A stretch of 64,000 bases of DNA from Moniliella sp. 'wahieum' (lineage: Eukaryota). The stretch lies in assembly GCA_003971905.1 (NCBI GenBank), contig RSEE01000008.1, positions 682,001 to 746,000 on the forward strand, given 5' to 3'. Of this stretch, positions 25,144 through 38,889 are shown piece after piece. The position numbers and the translations under genes are program-made. The notes under the pieces were generated by a model. That model was not told the origin of the DNA and did no database searches. It worked only from the letters and a program-made list of their open reading frames with translations. The first letter of the stretch is position 1; every line of letters starts with the position of its first letter.

Positions 25144-26789
25144 TTAGTACGGGCGGTACTGATATACTGGCTCGCCGTAGCCTTGCTGACCATACCCATG
25201 ACTGCCATATGGCTGTCCGCCTGGAGGCAAGCCAGGCGCGCCAGGCATTTGTTGTTGGTAAGAGCCAAATTGAGGCGTGGGGGGGGCGTAATTGGCTCGG
25301 GGAGGCGGATATTCGGGGGTGAATGTTGGGGCCAATTTGAGGTCGGAGCCTGCGTCTTGCAGTGGGGCATACCTAGCGTTCCCGCCGAACGACCAGGGTG
25401 GCAAACCCAGCTGCGGTGCCTCCCACAGCTGCGCTGGTTGGCAATGCAACCTGTATCGTCCTTCTTCCCCCCCAATAGTACCGGCAACAACACACAATCG
25501 CCGTCCATACCACGATCACACTCCCCACCACAATCGCCACAATGATCCCAATCTTGATCTTGGTTGATTTCGACATGGGCTTCTTGGCCTGCTTACCCAT
25601 CGCCTCGTTCCGGACCGAGTCAGGAAGCTGATCCCCACTTCCATCCCAACTATTGGAGTTTTTGACCTGTCGGTTGGTTGAGTCAGCATAGCCCGGCATG
25701 CCGGAGGCGCCGCCGTAGTCCATATTCGCTATGCGGGTCAGGGGAGCGGTGCTGGTACTAAAGCCTGGGTGGATGGACGAGCCGTCGCCCGAGTAATTCT
25801 TGCCCGAGTAGACCCAGCTCGTCACAGTATTGTTCGACTGGCGACGGGTGGGCGAAGAGGCCGCATGGTTGCACTGCACAGTATAATTCAGCAACTCATG
25901 GGCGTAGTATCCTTGCTTGGTGTACTCAGGGGTGGTCCAATCGATCACACCGCCAGCCCAGGCTTGTACTCCCTCTGGCTCAGTGACGTTGCCTCCTGCC
26001 CACAATGAAAATTGGACGCGGGAGGGAGATTGCGGGTACCAGCCCTTGCAATCAGAGGCCTTGAGCGTGCGGACCACGTTACCGTCAATCAGCCATTGCA
26101 GCTGTTCTGGTTGCCAGTTCAATCCATACACGTGAACGTCGTCCACACTCCAATGGCCAGTCTGATTGAGCGTCTTGGGCTGGCGATTGGATTGCAGGCC
26201 AAATGTGTTGGTCTGCGTGTTAGTCGGATCTGCAGTGGTAAATTCCCAATCAATCTCGTCGCCCACGTCGGACATGGTGATGAAGCTGGCTACCACGCCA
26301 GCGCGGGCCTCGTGACGAAGAGCAGCCTCAATTGTGCCGTAAAGAATGTAGTTGGTACTGGAAAGCTTGCCTTGGGATCCCTGGGTCATTTCCAGCAGCA
26401 CTCCATCTTGCCCCTTGCCAAGAAAGCCATTGTCGAGCGTAAAGGCAGAGTTGGCGGTGCCATTGTAGGAGAGGATGGGCATAAGTAGTCAGTGTTGTTA
26501 TAGTCGGTCGGCTTGAAGCTGAGCTCATGTCCTTGCACACGGGCATGGGTGCACAACTGTCGGGTGCATGAGACGCCAGAGGATTGCATCCGTTCGCACA
26601 GTACATGGCGCCCTTGCCGCAGGTGCCGCCCATGCAGCATGGCATGCTGGAGGGACACTGGTTGCTGGCACTGCAACTTGTCTGGGCTGCAGCGGGTGCG
26701 GGTGCGGCGACGACGGCGAGCCACACAAGCGCAGCGAGCACGGCCGTGGAGGCGGCTGGTCGGCGCAGAGGGGAGCGGAGGACACGCAT
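25144..26789 (-). CDS. GH16 Crh/Utr2-like chitin transglycosylase with signal peptide, Cys-rich chitin-binding module and C-terminal TM helix plus tail
   Basis: Signal peptide ending APAAAQ; CSASNQCPSSMPCC..GTCGKGA.YC..GCNPL; catalytic MSDVGDEIDWEF; YPQSPSRVQFSLWAGG; TM IGIIVAIVVGSVIVVWTAIVCCC. Confidence 0.88.
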
Positions 26790-28685
26790 CGGATGCCCCG
26801 GCGAAGGAAGGATTGGAGAAGGTGGTGTGGAGGAGAGAGGCTGGGCTGCCGTGTGGTGCTGCGTTGCTGCTCCACTCTGCTCCGCCTGGCCTGCCGCTGC
26901 CGCTGCCCTGCCTCCGCACCGCGCCTGGCCGCTGCTGGGCGCGCACGGCATGCGAGGCTTGGCGCCAGTCTGCTGCATCCCCCCTCACTGCCGCCCCGTG
27001 CCCCCGCCCGGCACAGCAGGGGGCGCACTCCCAGGCCATGCAAGCTTCCCTCTCCCCGCAGACACGCTGACGTAACTTGCTGGTTTGTGTCTCTGCCCAT
27101 CGTTTTTGTAGCTACGACCGGCTCCGTGACTACCGTTGGCCTGCCAGATACTACCGTGGCATATCGGCATCGAAAAGAAGAAATTGATCTCCTCTGGATC
27201 TGATTCTTTGAAGATTGATGCCTCTGCCCCTCCCGCCGGATTCTACCGAGGCAGCCCTGGCCCGGTTGTGTCTGCTGTGTGGGCGACCGAACACAGAGAC
27301 TCTCGTTGTCGCAATCGCGCTGATCACAAAAAGTCTCGTCTCTCTGGCGGAGGGCAGGATGAAGCACTGCTCAGCCTTATCCGGGCGAACAACTTCACAC
27401 CAGGGTGGTGCAAGCAAAAACATGCTCACAAGTTCGTCATGGTTAGCTGTGATCTCTTATTTTTGGCATACCAAAGATATCGACACATAGATCAGCTCGG
27501 GGGGAGGACTCAGTAGTCGGTGGAACGTCTGTTGTCGTCAGTATCCAAAACGTTTCCATCGATCGGCGATAGTATACCTTCCTCTGCCTCGGCCCCAAGC
27601 GCTGCCCTCTGTCTCCCTATCGTCTTGATCACTGCTGTCTGCCGCCTACCTTTTTTATTGTTATACCTCTCAAAAGGAAAGAATCGAGACTAACGAACGA
27701 GACATCCACACACCCTACTATATTCCCTCCCCCATTTTGAGCATATCTGCGCATTACACGCTTGTCCGCAAGAACAACGGTCGTGATTAATACACAAGTC
27801 GCTGGCTGTTCTCTCTCATCATGTGGAAAAGCAATTTAATCCCTCAAATTGGCAGGCATATAATACACATCTCACCTGCATCATACCTCATTGTGCCAAG
27901 GCCTCTGTAAAAAGGGAAATGGCGAGATAATCGTATTGCCGATAATCGATAACCGGCCGGTAGCCACCGATCATTGATAACAAGCATCGTCGATACTCAG
28001 TAACTCAGTACTCAATAGCTATATCTAGCCTCTTATAGCATAGCATAGCAAAGCCAGTATATTTGACTGTGACATGTGTCGCAGCGAAATAAGAGAAAGA
28101 ATGCCAAGACGATGTCATGCAAATGAGGCAGAGGGGCGTGTGTACATAACCGGTGCCAATCACTTTGGGCTGGGCAAGTATAGTTCCTGGCAGGCGCAGG
28201 ACCAGTCTCGAACACTGATTCGGGGAATTAATCGCACACCGCCCCCGTGGCTGCGCGGCCTTAATGCATTGCGAGCGCCGCTGGGCGCGAGCATCTCAGC
28301 ACACTGGCCAGATGCAGATGGCAGGGGTTCACACTGTCACGCATGTCACATGTCACAGCATTCAGCCAAGACGTGTGGTTCATGTTCTTCCCGCAAGTGC
28401 GGGGTTGAGAATAGTGCGACAAGAATAGGCTCTTGGCGTGTCTGGGACCAGCATATGTCAACCACCCTTGATAGGATATCCCGCTTCGGTGATCCGCGGA
28501 GAAGTGTTAACGCCAAGCCTGTGTCTCCCGGAATTCGGCACTCGTCGAGGATGTGGACCATCGACGTCGCCCTCGACCGTGAGCATACGACAGGATATAA
28601 AGGCCCTTGCTTCTCTCTGCAATTCTCACCTGCAATCCCCATCTCGCATGCAGCAACTTGTGCTCGTTAGCTCATTTTGCCCAGT

Positions 28686-31600
28686 ATGTCCGACGAAAGC
28701 AAGATCCAACTCGCGGTTGAACCCACTCTGTCGCCCACCAACTTGGACGAGCCGGTCACGCTTGAGTATGCCCAACAATTTTCCTACACACGCCCAGCGA
28801 TCACCATCCTGCGTGCGCTCAATGTTGACCCTGACTCGGGACTCCACGAGGACGAGGTGGTCAAACGCCAGGAAACGTATGGCCCCAACGAACTGGCGGA
28901 TGAGTCGGGTGTCTCTTACCTCCAAATCTTTCTTGCGTCAAGTACTTAACGCTATGACTCTGTGCGTTCACCGCCCACCCACCCCCAAAAGCATCCCTTT
29001 GGAAGATTCTAACTGCTTCTTTTTTCTTTGTTCTCTTCCCACAGGTCCTCCTTATTGCCTTCATTGTCTCGATGTCCATCAAGAGCTGGATTGAAGGTGG
29101 CGTAATTGGCATCGTTCTAGGACTCAACATTGCGATTGGCTTCTTCCAAGAAAGTGCCGCGGAGAAGACGATGGCATCTCTACGAGCCCTCGCCTCTCCC
29201 ACTGCCCATGTGATTCGTGCTGGCGAGCTAGTGACCATTCCCAGCTCCGAACTCGTTCCGGGAGATTTGGTGGAGCTGTCAACGGGAGACCAAGTTCCTG
29301 CGGACCTACGTCTGATCGAAGCCAGCAACTTGGAGACGGACGAGGCCTTGTTAACGGGAGAAGCCATGCCAGTAACCAAAATTCCGCAACAAGTGCTGTA
29401 CGACCCCGACACGGCGGCAGGTGACCGGATCAACTTGGCGTACATGTCGAGTACGGTAACCAAAGGCCGAGGGACAGGTGTTGTGGTGACGACGGGCATG
29501 AACACGGAAATCGGACTGTTGGCCGGCGCGTTGCAAGGTCCGTCCAAGCGGTCAAAACTGCGAGAGATCAAGGAGGCTACGTACGGGAAAAAGGTACAAA
29601 CTGCAGCCCGTGTAGGTGCTGGTGCAATGTGGGACAAGACGGCTGCCTTTCTTGGCTTGACGGTTGGTACCCCCCTCCAGCGCAAACTTCTGTCCTGGCA
29701 TTGCTTCTCTTTTTGATAGCGGTCGTCTTTGCTATCATCTGCTTTGCTGCCAACAACTGGACGGACAACGAAGTGATTCTCTATGCCGTCGCTACAGGGG
29801 TGGCAATGATTCCTGCCTCTCTTCCCGCTGTGTTGGCCATCACCATGGCCAAGGGTGCTCAGGCCATGACATCGCGAGGCGTGATTGTGCGCAAGGCGTC
29901 CGCCATCGAGGCGTTGGGCGCAGTCACCGACATTTGCTCTGACAAGACTGGAACGTTGACTCAAGGCAGGATGATTGTCAAGCAGGTCTGGCTCCCAGGC
30001 GAGGGAGTTATCAGTGTGACGGGATCGGAAGATGTGTTTTCCCAAACAGTGGGCACGTTTCCAAGCACTGCGACGTCCAACCGAAAGACATGTCCCCCCC
30101 ATGACCGCCAACGGCACGGAACCCATGCTCCTTGGTCCTGAGTTTCGTACGGCCAACCAGACCAAGAAACCCCTCTGACCGATTTTCTCAATGTGTGCGT
30201 CTCCTTTCTTCCGTACATTATGCTTGTTGCTCTCTGTTTTCAAAAAATACTGACACTATCCCCCCTTATACTCGCCTCTGACAGCGTATCTCTTTGCACA
30301 ATGCCAAAGTTCTCAAGGATAAAGAAGCAAACAAGTGGGTGGCACACGGCGACTTTACCGAGTGTGCGCTCCAAACATTTGCCCACCGCTTTGGCTGGGG
30401 CCGACCCAATCTGACCCAGGCGTCGCCAACCAAACAGTCGGACGCCGAAAGTTACCTCAAGGACCAAGCCGAATGGGAACTGGTTCATGAGAACGGCTTT
30501 TCTTCGGATGTGAAACGCATGTCGGTCGTGTTCCACCATACACCTTCGGGTCGTGGATGGGTAATGATGAAGGGGGCCGTGGAACGGGTGGTGGAGGGGT
30601 GCACCACATTCTCTGGTCCTAACGGTATGGTGGCGCTGGACGAGACGATCCGTGCCGATATTATGGCTAATGTCGAGGTGTTAGCGTCCCAAGGCTTGCG
30701 TGTGTTGGCGCACGCCAGCCGATCCGTCTCGGAAGAAGAGCCAATGACGGGGTCGAATTCAGAGGGGGCCGAAGCGTGGCAGCGCCTTGATCGGGCCGAG
30801 GTGGAGAGAAACATGACGTTTGTTGGATTGGCAGGCATCTACGACCCTCCTCGACCCTCGTCGGCGCCGGCGATTGCCACGTGCCACGGAGCCGGGATTG
30901 AGGTGCACATGCTTACGGGCGATCATCTTGGTACGGCACGGGCCATTGCGCAAGAAATTGGCATCCTGCCCTCCAAGGAAGTGATGGCAACCTGGGCGGA
31001 GGATCGGCGGCGCGCGATGGTCCTTACCGGTCCTCAAGTGGACAAGATGACGGAAGAGGAACTGGATCGCTTGCCCGCACTGCCACTTGTTGTCGCCCGT
31101 TGCTCCCCCCAGACCAAGGTGCGCATGATCGAGGCTCTTCACCGCCGCCGCGAGCGGTGTGTGGTCATGACGGGCGACGGCGTGAACGATGCACCCAGTC
31201 TCAAAATCGCCGACATTGGGATCGGTATGGGATCGGGGTCGGACGTGGCGATTGGAGTGGCCGACTTGGTCTTGTCTGATGATAACTTTGCCTCGATCGT
31301 TGCCGGCATTGAAGAAGGCCGTCGTACGTTTGACAACATCAAGAAGTTTGTCCTTCACTTGCTCGCTCAAAACGTGGCCCAAGCTATGACGCTTCTCATT
31401 GCGCTCGCCTTCAAGGACAAGGACAACATTTCCGTCTTCCCCCTCGCGCCCGTTGAGATTCTGTGGGTGATTATGGTCGCCTCAGGATTGCCCGCCATGG
31501 CACTTGGGTTTGAACCGGCTGCCGAGGATGTCATGCAGCGCCCCCCACACAGTATCAAGACGGGCGTGTTCACCCTGGAGGTGGTGCTGGACCTACTGGT

Positions 31601-32138
31601 GTACGGGGTGTGGGTGGGAGTGTTGTGCCTGTCGACGTTTTCGATTAGTGTGTGGGGCTTTGGTCCTGGCACGCTGGGCGAGAGCTGGAGCTGCAACAAA
31701 CCTGCGGCCCACCGCAATCGTAACGAATGCCGTCCCATCTTTCGTGCACGGGGTGCGACGTGGGCGGTGATGGTGATTTGTTCCCTGTTGTTGGCCTGGG
31801 AGATGGTGCATCCGCGCCGCTCCTTTTTCCGGATGCGGCGGGAACACACCATCTGGACCCAGTGGTGGCACGACACGTGGGGACGCAACAAGCTCCTCTT
31901 TGCCTCCGTGGTGGGCGGCGCAGTGGCCATTCCGCCTATTCTCTACATCCCCGTCATCTCGGCCGATGTCTTCCTTCACTCGGGCATCTCATGGGAATGG
32001 GCTGTCGTCGCCGTCGTTTCTCTCTTGTTCATGGTAGGGGTAGAGCTGTGGAAAGCAGCCAAGCGTGTCTTCCTCAGGAGGAAGGCTCGTCGCACCCCTG
32101 CCTCTGAACATTTTGTTCCGGGAAAGTCCATGGCTTGA
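28686..32138 (+). CDS. ENA1: P-type IID Na+/K+-exporting ATPase; introns about 28962-29044 and 30195-30284; frameshifts in the 5' half
   Basis: YGPNEL, SWIEGGVI, DEALLTGEA, ICSDKTGTLTQG (phosphorylation site), KGAVE, MLTGDH, ARCSPQTKVRMIEALHRR and MTGDGVNDAPSLK. Confidence 0.92.
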
Positions 32139-32383
32139 TCTTGGACGTGTGGATACCTCTTTTCCTATTAATACACACCACACTGCTGGTCACCTTCTCA
32201 TCCTATAATACTCTCGCCTGTCCAAATGCAATCCCCATCGGTTCCTATCTCGATTCCACTGTACTGGACGACGGAGGTGTCCTATTCGCAGTGTGTAGTA
32301 CACAGTAAATGTAATGGTTCTAGTCCGTGAGCATCCCAAGCTGGTAATATATAGTGTGTGTGGTCGTGTAGGGCGGTACCAGA

Positions 32384-33040
32384 TTAGTGTACACAGCGTT
32401 GCCAAACGAGAGGCCAAACCTCGTGCTGGTGTAGACCGCGACGCCACTGCTGGCGCAGAACAGCGATGCTGCTCTGGCGCGCGATGGGGGGGCAAAAACT
32501 AGCTTGACATCGGGTGCAGACGATGGGGACCAGCATAATCTTGGTGCAGCGACGAAAGTGACACTCTTTTTCCCGTTTGGCTCGTCCTACTGCCTTGTTC
32601 TCCGCAGGTAAATGGGCTTTGCATCCCGCCCGGCTGGCGGGTGGGGCAGCAAGGTGCGCACGAATACACGCTTCTGGATCTTGGCCGCGCACCCATGCCG
32701 CTGGCGGTTCGTGGCAGTCGGGACAGATGGGACAAATGTGCCGCTTGGCTCAGAGGGGGTGCTAGCGCACCGGTGTCCTTCCGTCGGACGAAAATGGTCT
32801 TGGCAAAAGCTAAGAAAAAAAGGAGGTGAAGGAACGTAATTCCGTCAGCATCACAGCATGCGTACAAGGGTGAAGAGGGAAGATAGGCAGCACATACGAA
32901 AGATGGCAGTCAGCGCATTGGAATGGCAGGTAGTCTTCCCGGTGGCAATCGGGGCGCTGGCAGCGCTTTCCAATGAGCAGCATGGGTCCCGTCGTGCGGG
33001 CGGTGTCTGCGTGGCGCAAGTTAGCGGTGGGATCGCGCAT
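32384..33040 (-). CDS. Tandem AN1-type zinc-finger protein (Cuz1/ZFAND-like); one intron near 32810-32898; 3' end approximate
   Basis: IGKRCQRPDCHREDYLPFQCADCHLS|FCQDHFRPTEGHRC, then ECHFRRCTKIMLVPIVCTRCQASFCP.HRAPEQHRC. Confidence 0.8.
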
Positions 33041-33768
33041 GATGGAGGTGGTGGTTGCATATGCTGTGCGGGGGAGAGGATGCGGGGTCAAGAGCAGGGC
33101 TCTTATATATACGCGGCGGTGGATGCAGTTGTGGCGGGGGACGCCGACCCGCATACGCGGCCTCGCTGAAACAGAATCGCACCGACGCCGACCGATACTT
33201 TGCGCCACTGAAATGTTCACTTTCGGCATTTCATTTTGTGCTCTCCAAATTGCATTTTCCTGGGGCGAATGTGTGCCGCCTATGCGCCCCGGTCATATTA
33301 TGATGCTACCCGGAGAGAGGGAGTGTGCGTATCTCGTCCCATCCGTCATCGCGTCATCATCAATCGTTTCCCCCTTTGCATCATCTCAACAAAAAGCAGG
33401 TGTTGGTGGGGGCGAAGTAAAGGAGAGGGAAAAAGGAGGAGCCAATTGTTGAATTAGACTCCTTACCATGCCCCTTTAGGAACGTCTCAACATGGACGAG
33501 GGCAGGGGGTTACAAGTGAAGGTGTCGAATCCAGGCTATGTTTCCCAAGTGAAACAAGATATAGGTTTACGGACAAACATCAGCGCCCCCTTTGGTTCGC
33601 GTAGGTAAACACCAGGGCTAGTCCGGATAGGCAAGTAGAGGTGAATATATGGCAGAGCAACAAAGCAAGCAAAACGAAGAGAGCGTGGCTAGAGAGGGGG
33701 TATAGCTAGCGGGAGGAATCAAGAGCAAGGCGGGCACAGTGAGAAGGAGAGAAAGGCAGGTCACTTGG

Positions 33769-35283
33769 TCAGTGACCGTACGCATGCTCATCCCCGCCTC
33801 CCCCCACGTCGGGGGTAGAAGGACCGTGGGGATTGAGATGGGGCGATTGGAACGAGTAATCGTATTCGTACGACTGTTGTTGCGGGCCATCGTCGTACCG
33901 ATCAAATGGGTTGGGCATTGGCGCGTCCCAATTCGATTGCTGGTCGGACGTCTTGGATCCATTCGAGCCGCTCCGGTCAAGCTCGGGCGTACCGTCGGGG
34001 TGGATCGTGGTGGAGGCCGTGGGCACAGGAGAGGAATGCACCCCTGCCCCAAGAGAGGAGGCGGGGGGTAGTTGTACGGGTCCTGCGCGGCGTAGGCGTT
34101 GCCGTACTCGGGCTCCCCATAACCCTCGTGAGCATTAACAATCGAGTCCAGACCACGGGCACGGTCGAGGTGTGCATACGGATCGACGGTGTTCAGATCA
34201 GAAGGGTTGATACTTTGGGTCATGTCCGTCCCGTACGCCGACGCAGGGTACTGAGGGTAACCGTCGTACTTGGGTTGCGGGGGGAAACCCTCTGCGCCCA
34301 CAGGGCGGCCGTACTGGTCCATTGGTCTGGCCATGCTCGGGTCCTGCAGATCCCGCTGTAGCATATCTTCCGGCGCATTGGAATCGTCCAAGAACGCATC
34401 CGACGGCAAGCGGGCGCTCTGGCGACGGAGAAGATCCTTGTCAAATGGGTTATCAAAGGGATCGTTGGCATCGCGTTGGTGCTTGGCTCGGCGTAAAAGG
34501 TAGGCCAAGAGGGCCGCGACAGCGATCAGGCCCACTGCGCCGCCGACGGCAATCCCAACAATCGGGCCCGTTCCCAGGGAGGTGTGTTTCGTACTCGAGG
34601 GTAAGGGCATCATTCCACTTCCCGAAGAAGAATCAGCACTCCCTGTGGTGACGGTGTGGATGCTGGGAGCCGAGAAAGATGCCAGGGAGGCGGAGGAGGG
34701 GGGCATGCTCGTCAAGCTGCTACTGGCCAAACTTCTGCTGGCCGGCAAAGGAAGCAGCGAAGACGCCGGCACGGATAAACTAGTCGGCAAGGATAAACTA
34801 GTCGGCAAAGAGAGAAGGGGGTCGACAGCGCGTTGGTTTTGGATACGGCCGCGGTTGAAGTGGGTGCAGCGGATGAGGAGGAAGAACTGAGCCCGGGGAT
34901 GAAGTTGGAGAGACTGGCGGGATCTGAGCTACTGGATGCGTCGACGCTGGAAGAGGGCGGGACAGAGTGGGAAGATGGTGATTCTTCCGAGCTGGAGGCT
35001 TTGGAGCGCCACCATATGAGAAGGTTAGTCGATGGCAGGCGACACCGTAGGTGCTATGGGGAAACGAATCAACGTACATGGTGATTGGCTGGTTGGCGTC
35101 GCACTGGTCTCATGGGTGGAAGAAGCAGCGGCAGGCAGTGGTAGAGGAGGCAGCCTCATGAGTTGATGTGGCAGCAGACGCAGAGCTGGGGGAGGGTGCG
35201 CTGCTTTCCGCACGTTGAGCAAGCCGGCCTCTGCTGCCCCAACGGCGCTGGTGAGCTCGGCGGGGGTTGGGCGGACGGGACAT
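33769..35283 (-). CDS. Ser/Thr-rich single-pass membrane protein (Mid2/SKG6-like architecture); frameshifted
   Basis: Long S/T-rich region, then TM GPIVGIAVGGAVGLIAVAALLAYLLRR, then a Tyr/Pro-rich cytosolic tail (DPFDNPFD, PNPFD). Confidence 0.7.
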
Positions 35284-36550
35284 AATGGCGTTGGTGGGGG
35301 GCCAAGAAGAAACGGGCGGAGGGGCGAGGGCAAGGAAGGCAGCCCGCCAGAAGAGGGGGGGGGGTGAGTGGTGAGGCTGAAGAAGGTGGTGCCAGATGTA
35401 AGAGGTGAGGGTCAGTGAGAGGGCGCTTTTAGCCAGTGCTCCCGGCCAGCCAGGCCAGTGCCCGCCACTCCTGCGCCCCCCTGCGAGCGAGCGAGCCGCG
35501 ACAGTGGCCGCGCTGCTGCCACCCTGCAGCGGGCAGCAGGCCAGTCGCGCAAGGGGAGCGCAGCCCGCGCCAGCAGGCCAGTGTGTGTGCAGTCGCCGGC
35601 GCCCAGGTGCGATGCGCCTCTGGCGCCGCCCGTGGTTGCGCGCATCATGCATGGTGCATGATGCATGCAAGGAGACAGGTGACATGCATGACATGTGGCA
35701 TGGACAGGCGGCAGATGTGGCAGATCCCCGACGGATGCATGTCAGCCCTACACTGGCGCCATGCGGGCTACGCGCTGTCGCCCAGCCACAACGCCCTCAG
35801 TCCTTGGCCAACCTCCAAGTCACGGGTCCGGCCAAGCCCCCGCCCAACCAACGGCGACCCCAGTGCTGGCTACCCCTGCGACGCCCTGCTACCCCACGCC
35901 TACTATCCCCCGTTTGGCCAGGGCGGCGCATGGCGCAGTGCACGCCACATTTGGCCACTTGCCTTGTGCCCGCAGCGATGGCTGCGTAGCAGGCCACCCC
36001 ATCCATCCATCCATCGCTGCTACCCGATCCAACGTGGAACGTGCAACGGTGGAACCAGTCCGCCTGATCTGCGTCTCCGTTGGGGACCATTGCGGAGCCC
36101 ATTCGGCCACTTGACTAGCTTGACTTGCAGATTGGCGTGGTCGTTCAGCTGAACGTTCACCTTGAACAGTCACTAGTCAGCACTGGTCAGCAATATGAAT
36201 CTGGCATGCCACATGGAGTGTTGGTGGACCCTTTGTCCATCCACGAAGCGTAAACGAGAGGCTTCCGAAAGGAGGACCAAACCATGCTGGTTGATGAGGG
36301 GTGAGGCCGAGGTGAGGCCGGTGAGGCCGGTGAGGTCCGATGTAGCAGATGGAATATGGATGCATGGCCGATGGCCAAAACAAGGCCTATCAAGAAGGGT
36401 CTCCGGTCTGCCCAGGAGTCGACTCCCAATCGCGCACTGGGTCCGACGCCCAATCGGCCACCTATAGCGGGCTTGGCAGATCCAGCGGTCCCCGCTACAG
36501 TTCCGTGATCCTGTGATCTGCCCCACGTTCCACGCGCCCGCGTGGGGTCG

Positions 36551-36785
36551 ATGCATGATGCATGGTGCATGGTGCATGATGCACTTTGCATCAGTAACTA
36601 GTAACTCAGTATACAGCTCTGCCCCTACTGTGCCTGCAACTGCATGGGCCAGTCTCTTCAACAGCTTCAAGAGCCTCCAAGTCAACAACGTGCAAGCTGC
36701 TTCAAGCTTCAAGCTTCAAGACGTTCAACCTCCTGGCAGTACATCGCACAGGAACGTCGCCCACATCAGGGCCTCAGGCCTCACC
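36551..36785. repeat. Heptamer cluster (TGCA-TGA, TAA-CTAG, TCA-AGCT, GGCC-TCA)
   Basis: TGCA-TGA-TGCA at 36552; TAA-CTAG-TAA at 36595; TCAAGCT x2 + TCAAG at 36702-36720; GGCC-TCA-GGCC-TCA at 36770-36783. Confidence 0.8.
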
Positions 36786-37129
36786 CCACTAGCTCCACTG
36801 CTTACATGCTAACGCATTACTCCCATTGCTCGCCACGTGTCCGCAACGACCAACAATATATCTACACAATCACAAAGATGGGGGGGGGCAACCAGAAGTG
36901 CGGCACAGACGAAGGGTACAAGTACACGAGTACAACGGAAAATACGACCCAAGTCGGCAAAAGCTAGCGAAGTGGGGACCAGAAAAGCGGTGACGCGGTG
37001 ACGCTCGAAGCAGGAGGCATGAGGCCTGACGAGGGGGGCGGGGGGGAGGGCAACAGAAACAAGGTGCAGGCAACCTAAGGCAAAGGGGCAAACCCCGAAG
37101 CCAAGGGATGCGAAAGCATCGACGCAGAC

Positions 37130-38293
37130 TTAGTGGGCAGCTGTACATACCAAAGCAAAACACAAACACACACAAAAGGCCACGGGCCGGGGGAAAAGCA
37201 TCGAGAAGCCACCTAGGATCAGCGTTCGGGAAAAGGACAAAACAAGCGCAGAGGTAGGAGGTAAACTTGCCCAGGTATCTTTGTACGTGTCAACAGGACA
37301 CTCCCAGCAAGTTGGGAGGGGTGCAACGGACGCAGCACCGGGCTGGGGCTTGAAATCACGGGTCGGGGGGCGAGAGAAAGAGTCGGCGAGGCCAAGCATC
37401 TCGGGAGAGCTGCTCAGTTCCCCTTCTTGATTTTGACGTCCACCGTACAAGTGGAAGGGGGCGTCCGAGCACGTCCTAGAGTCCGCCGGAGTGTAGAACG
37501 GCAGAGCAGCCGACGCGGGTGGTGTAGGCACCGAGGTTGTCGAGCGCTGCGACATGGCACCCGGACTCAGGGGGCTTGTTTCGCCTCACACCCATGCCCA
37601 GCTCGCGAGAAGTGACCGACGGCATCGAGACCAAATCAATCTCGGCAAATGCCCAGAGGTGCCAGTGGGAGGGCGCGGGAAAGTGACGGGGCATGCTTGC
37701 AAGACATCTTGCCCCAACGCAAGGCTGGGCTGAGGATGAGCTTGAACCTGGCGGGAGTCCGAGGGCATCATACCATGGGAGTGGGGAGCGGGGTTGGGTT
37801 GAGACTGAGAAAGCTCCTGGGGCTGAGACTGAGACTGGGGTTGAGGCTGAGAGACTGAGGCTGAGGCTGAAGTTGAGAGGAGGCCGCCCCTGAGGTTGGT
37901 CCTGCGCTTGCAGTGGTGCAATAAGAGGACCGTCAGCAGAGGCAAAAGCGAATTGAGCAGCCTCGAGCTGGGCCAAGTCGCCCTGGTGGGCGAGAGAAGG
38001 CAGCGTTCGACAAGCGAGCGCAGGTGAGCGTTTTCACGCCGGACAAGGTAGTTGTCCACCTCGATCTGGGTCAGGTGGGCGGGGGAAGAAGAGTCCGGAG
38101 AGCGTTCCCGGGCTCGCTGAAGGTCAAGCTGCAGCTGCTCGATTTGGCATTTGAGCTCGCTATTCTCGGCGGTGAGCTGCTCCAGTTGGATCTTCCTCCG
38201 GTCGCGGAAGCGTGCGACGGCCTGGGCGTTCTTGGACCGTTGGCGGGGCGGGACGGGTTCCTGCGAGGTGCGTTTGGGCGAAGAAGCAGGCAT
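37130..38293 (-). CDS. bZIP transcription factor; frameshifted; 3' end uncertain
   Basis: Basic region RQRSKNAQAVARFRDRRK (N-x7-R) followed by the leucine heptad LEQLTAENSELKCQIEQLQLDL; ATG at 38293. Confidence 0.78.
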
Positions 38294-38889
38294 GGTGCGG
38301 GCTAGAGAGAGGCCAAGGACGAGAAGGCGAAGAGGGAGGGGTGGTAGCAAGCAGCAAACGGGGCAGGGCGCAGGGGGCGGAGCGTGCTACGCGGGGATCT
38401 TATACCGCTGCCGCAGCAGCTGCAGCGCCCTCGATCGAGCTGGGCGGGGGAGAGGGTGACACTGGGTTTGTGCCTGGCCTCGCTGGTCCGGGTGGGCCCT
38501 GGCGCACATGCCTCCTGCCTCCTCCCAGTGGCCGAGCCAGCTCCGGGCAGCACAGCGGCACTGTTCGGGCGGCGTGGGCGGAGCGGCAGGGGAAGCGCAG
38601 GGCTGCGCAGGCAGCAGGGCACTAGCACCAGCAGCCCACCGGGGTGTGCTCAGCCCACTGCGTGTGGTGCCCTTGAGCAGGTATTCCGAGTGGAGCACAG
38701 GGGAAGTTTGGGGGGCCACAGGCGCCGTGCGGGGGACAATCGCGCTGGACTATGGTTTGGGCTGGGCTGGACTGGGCTGGCCGGCATGCCGTGCGGTGCG
38801 GGGGCAGCGCCACACCTGCCGGCGCCACTTGCCCGGGCCTTCCCTCGGCCCACGCGCCCCGTCTGTCGTCGGCGACTGAAGGCCACCGG

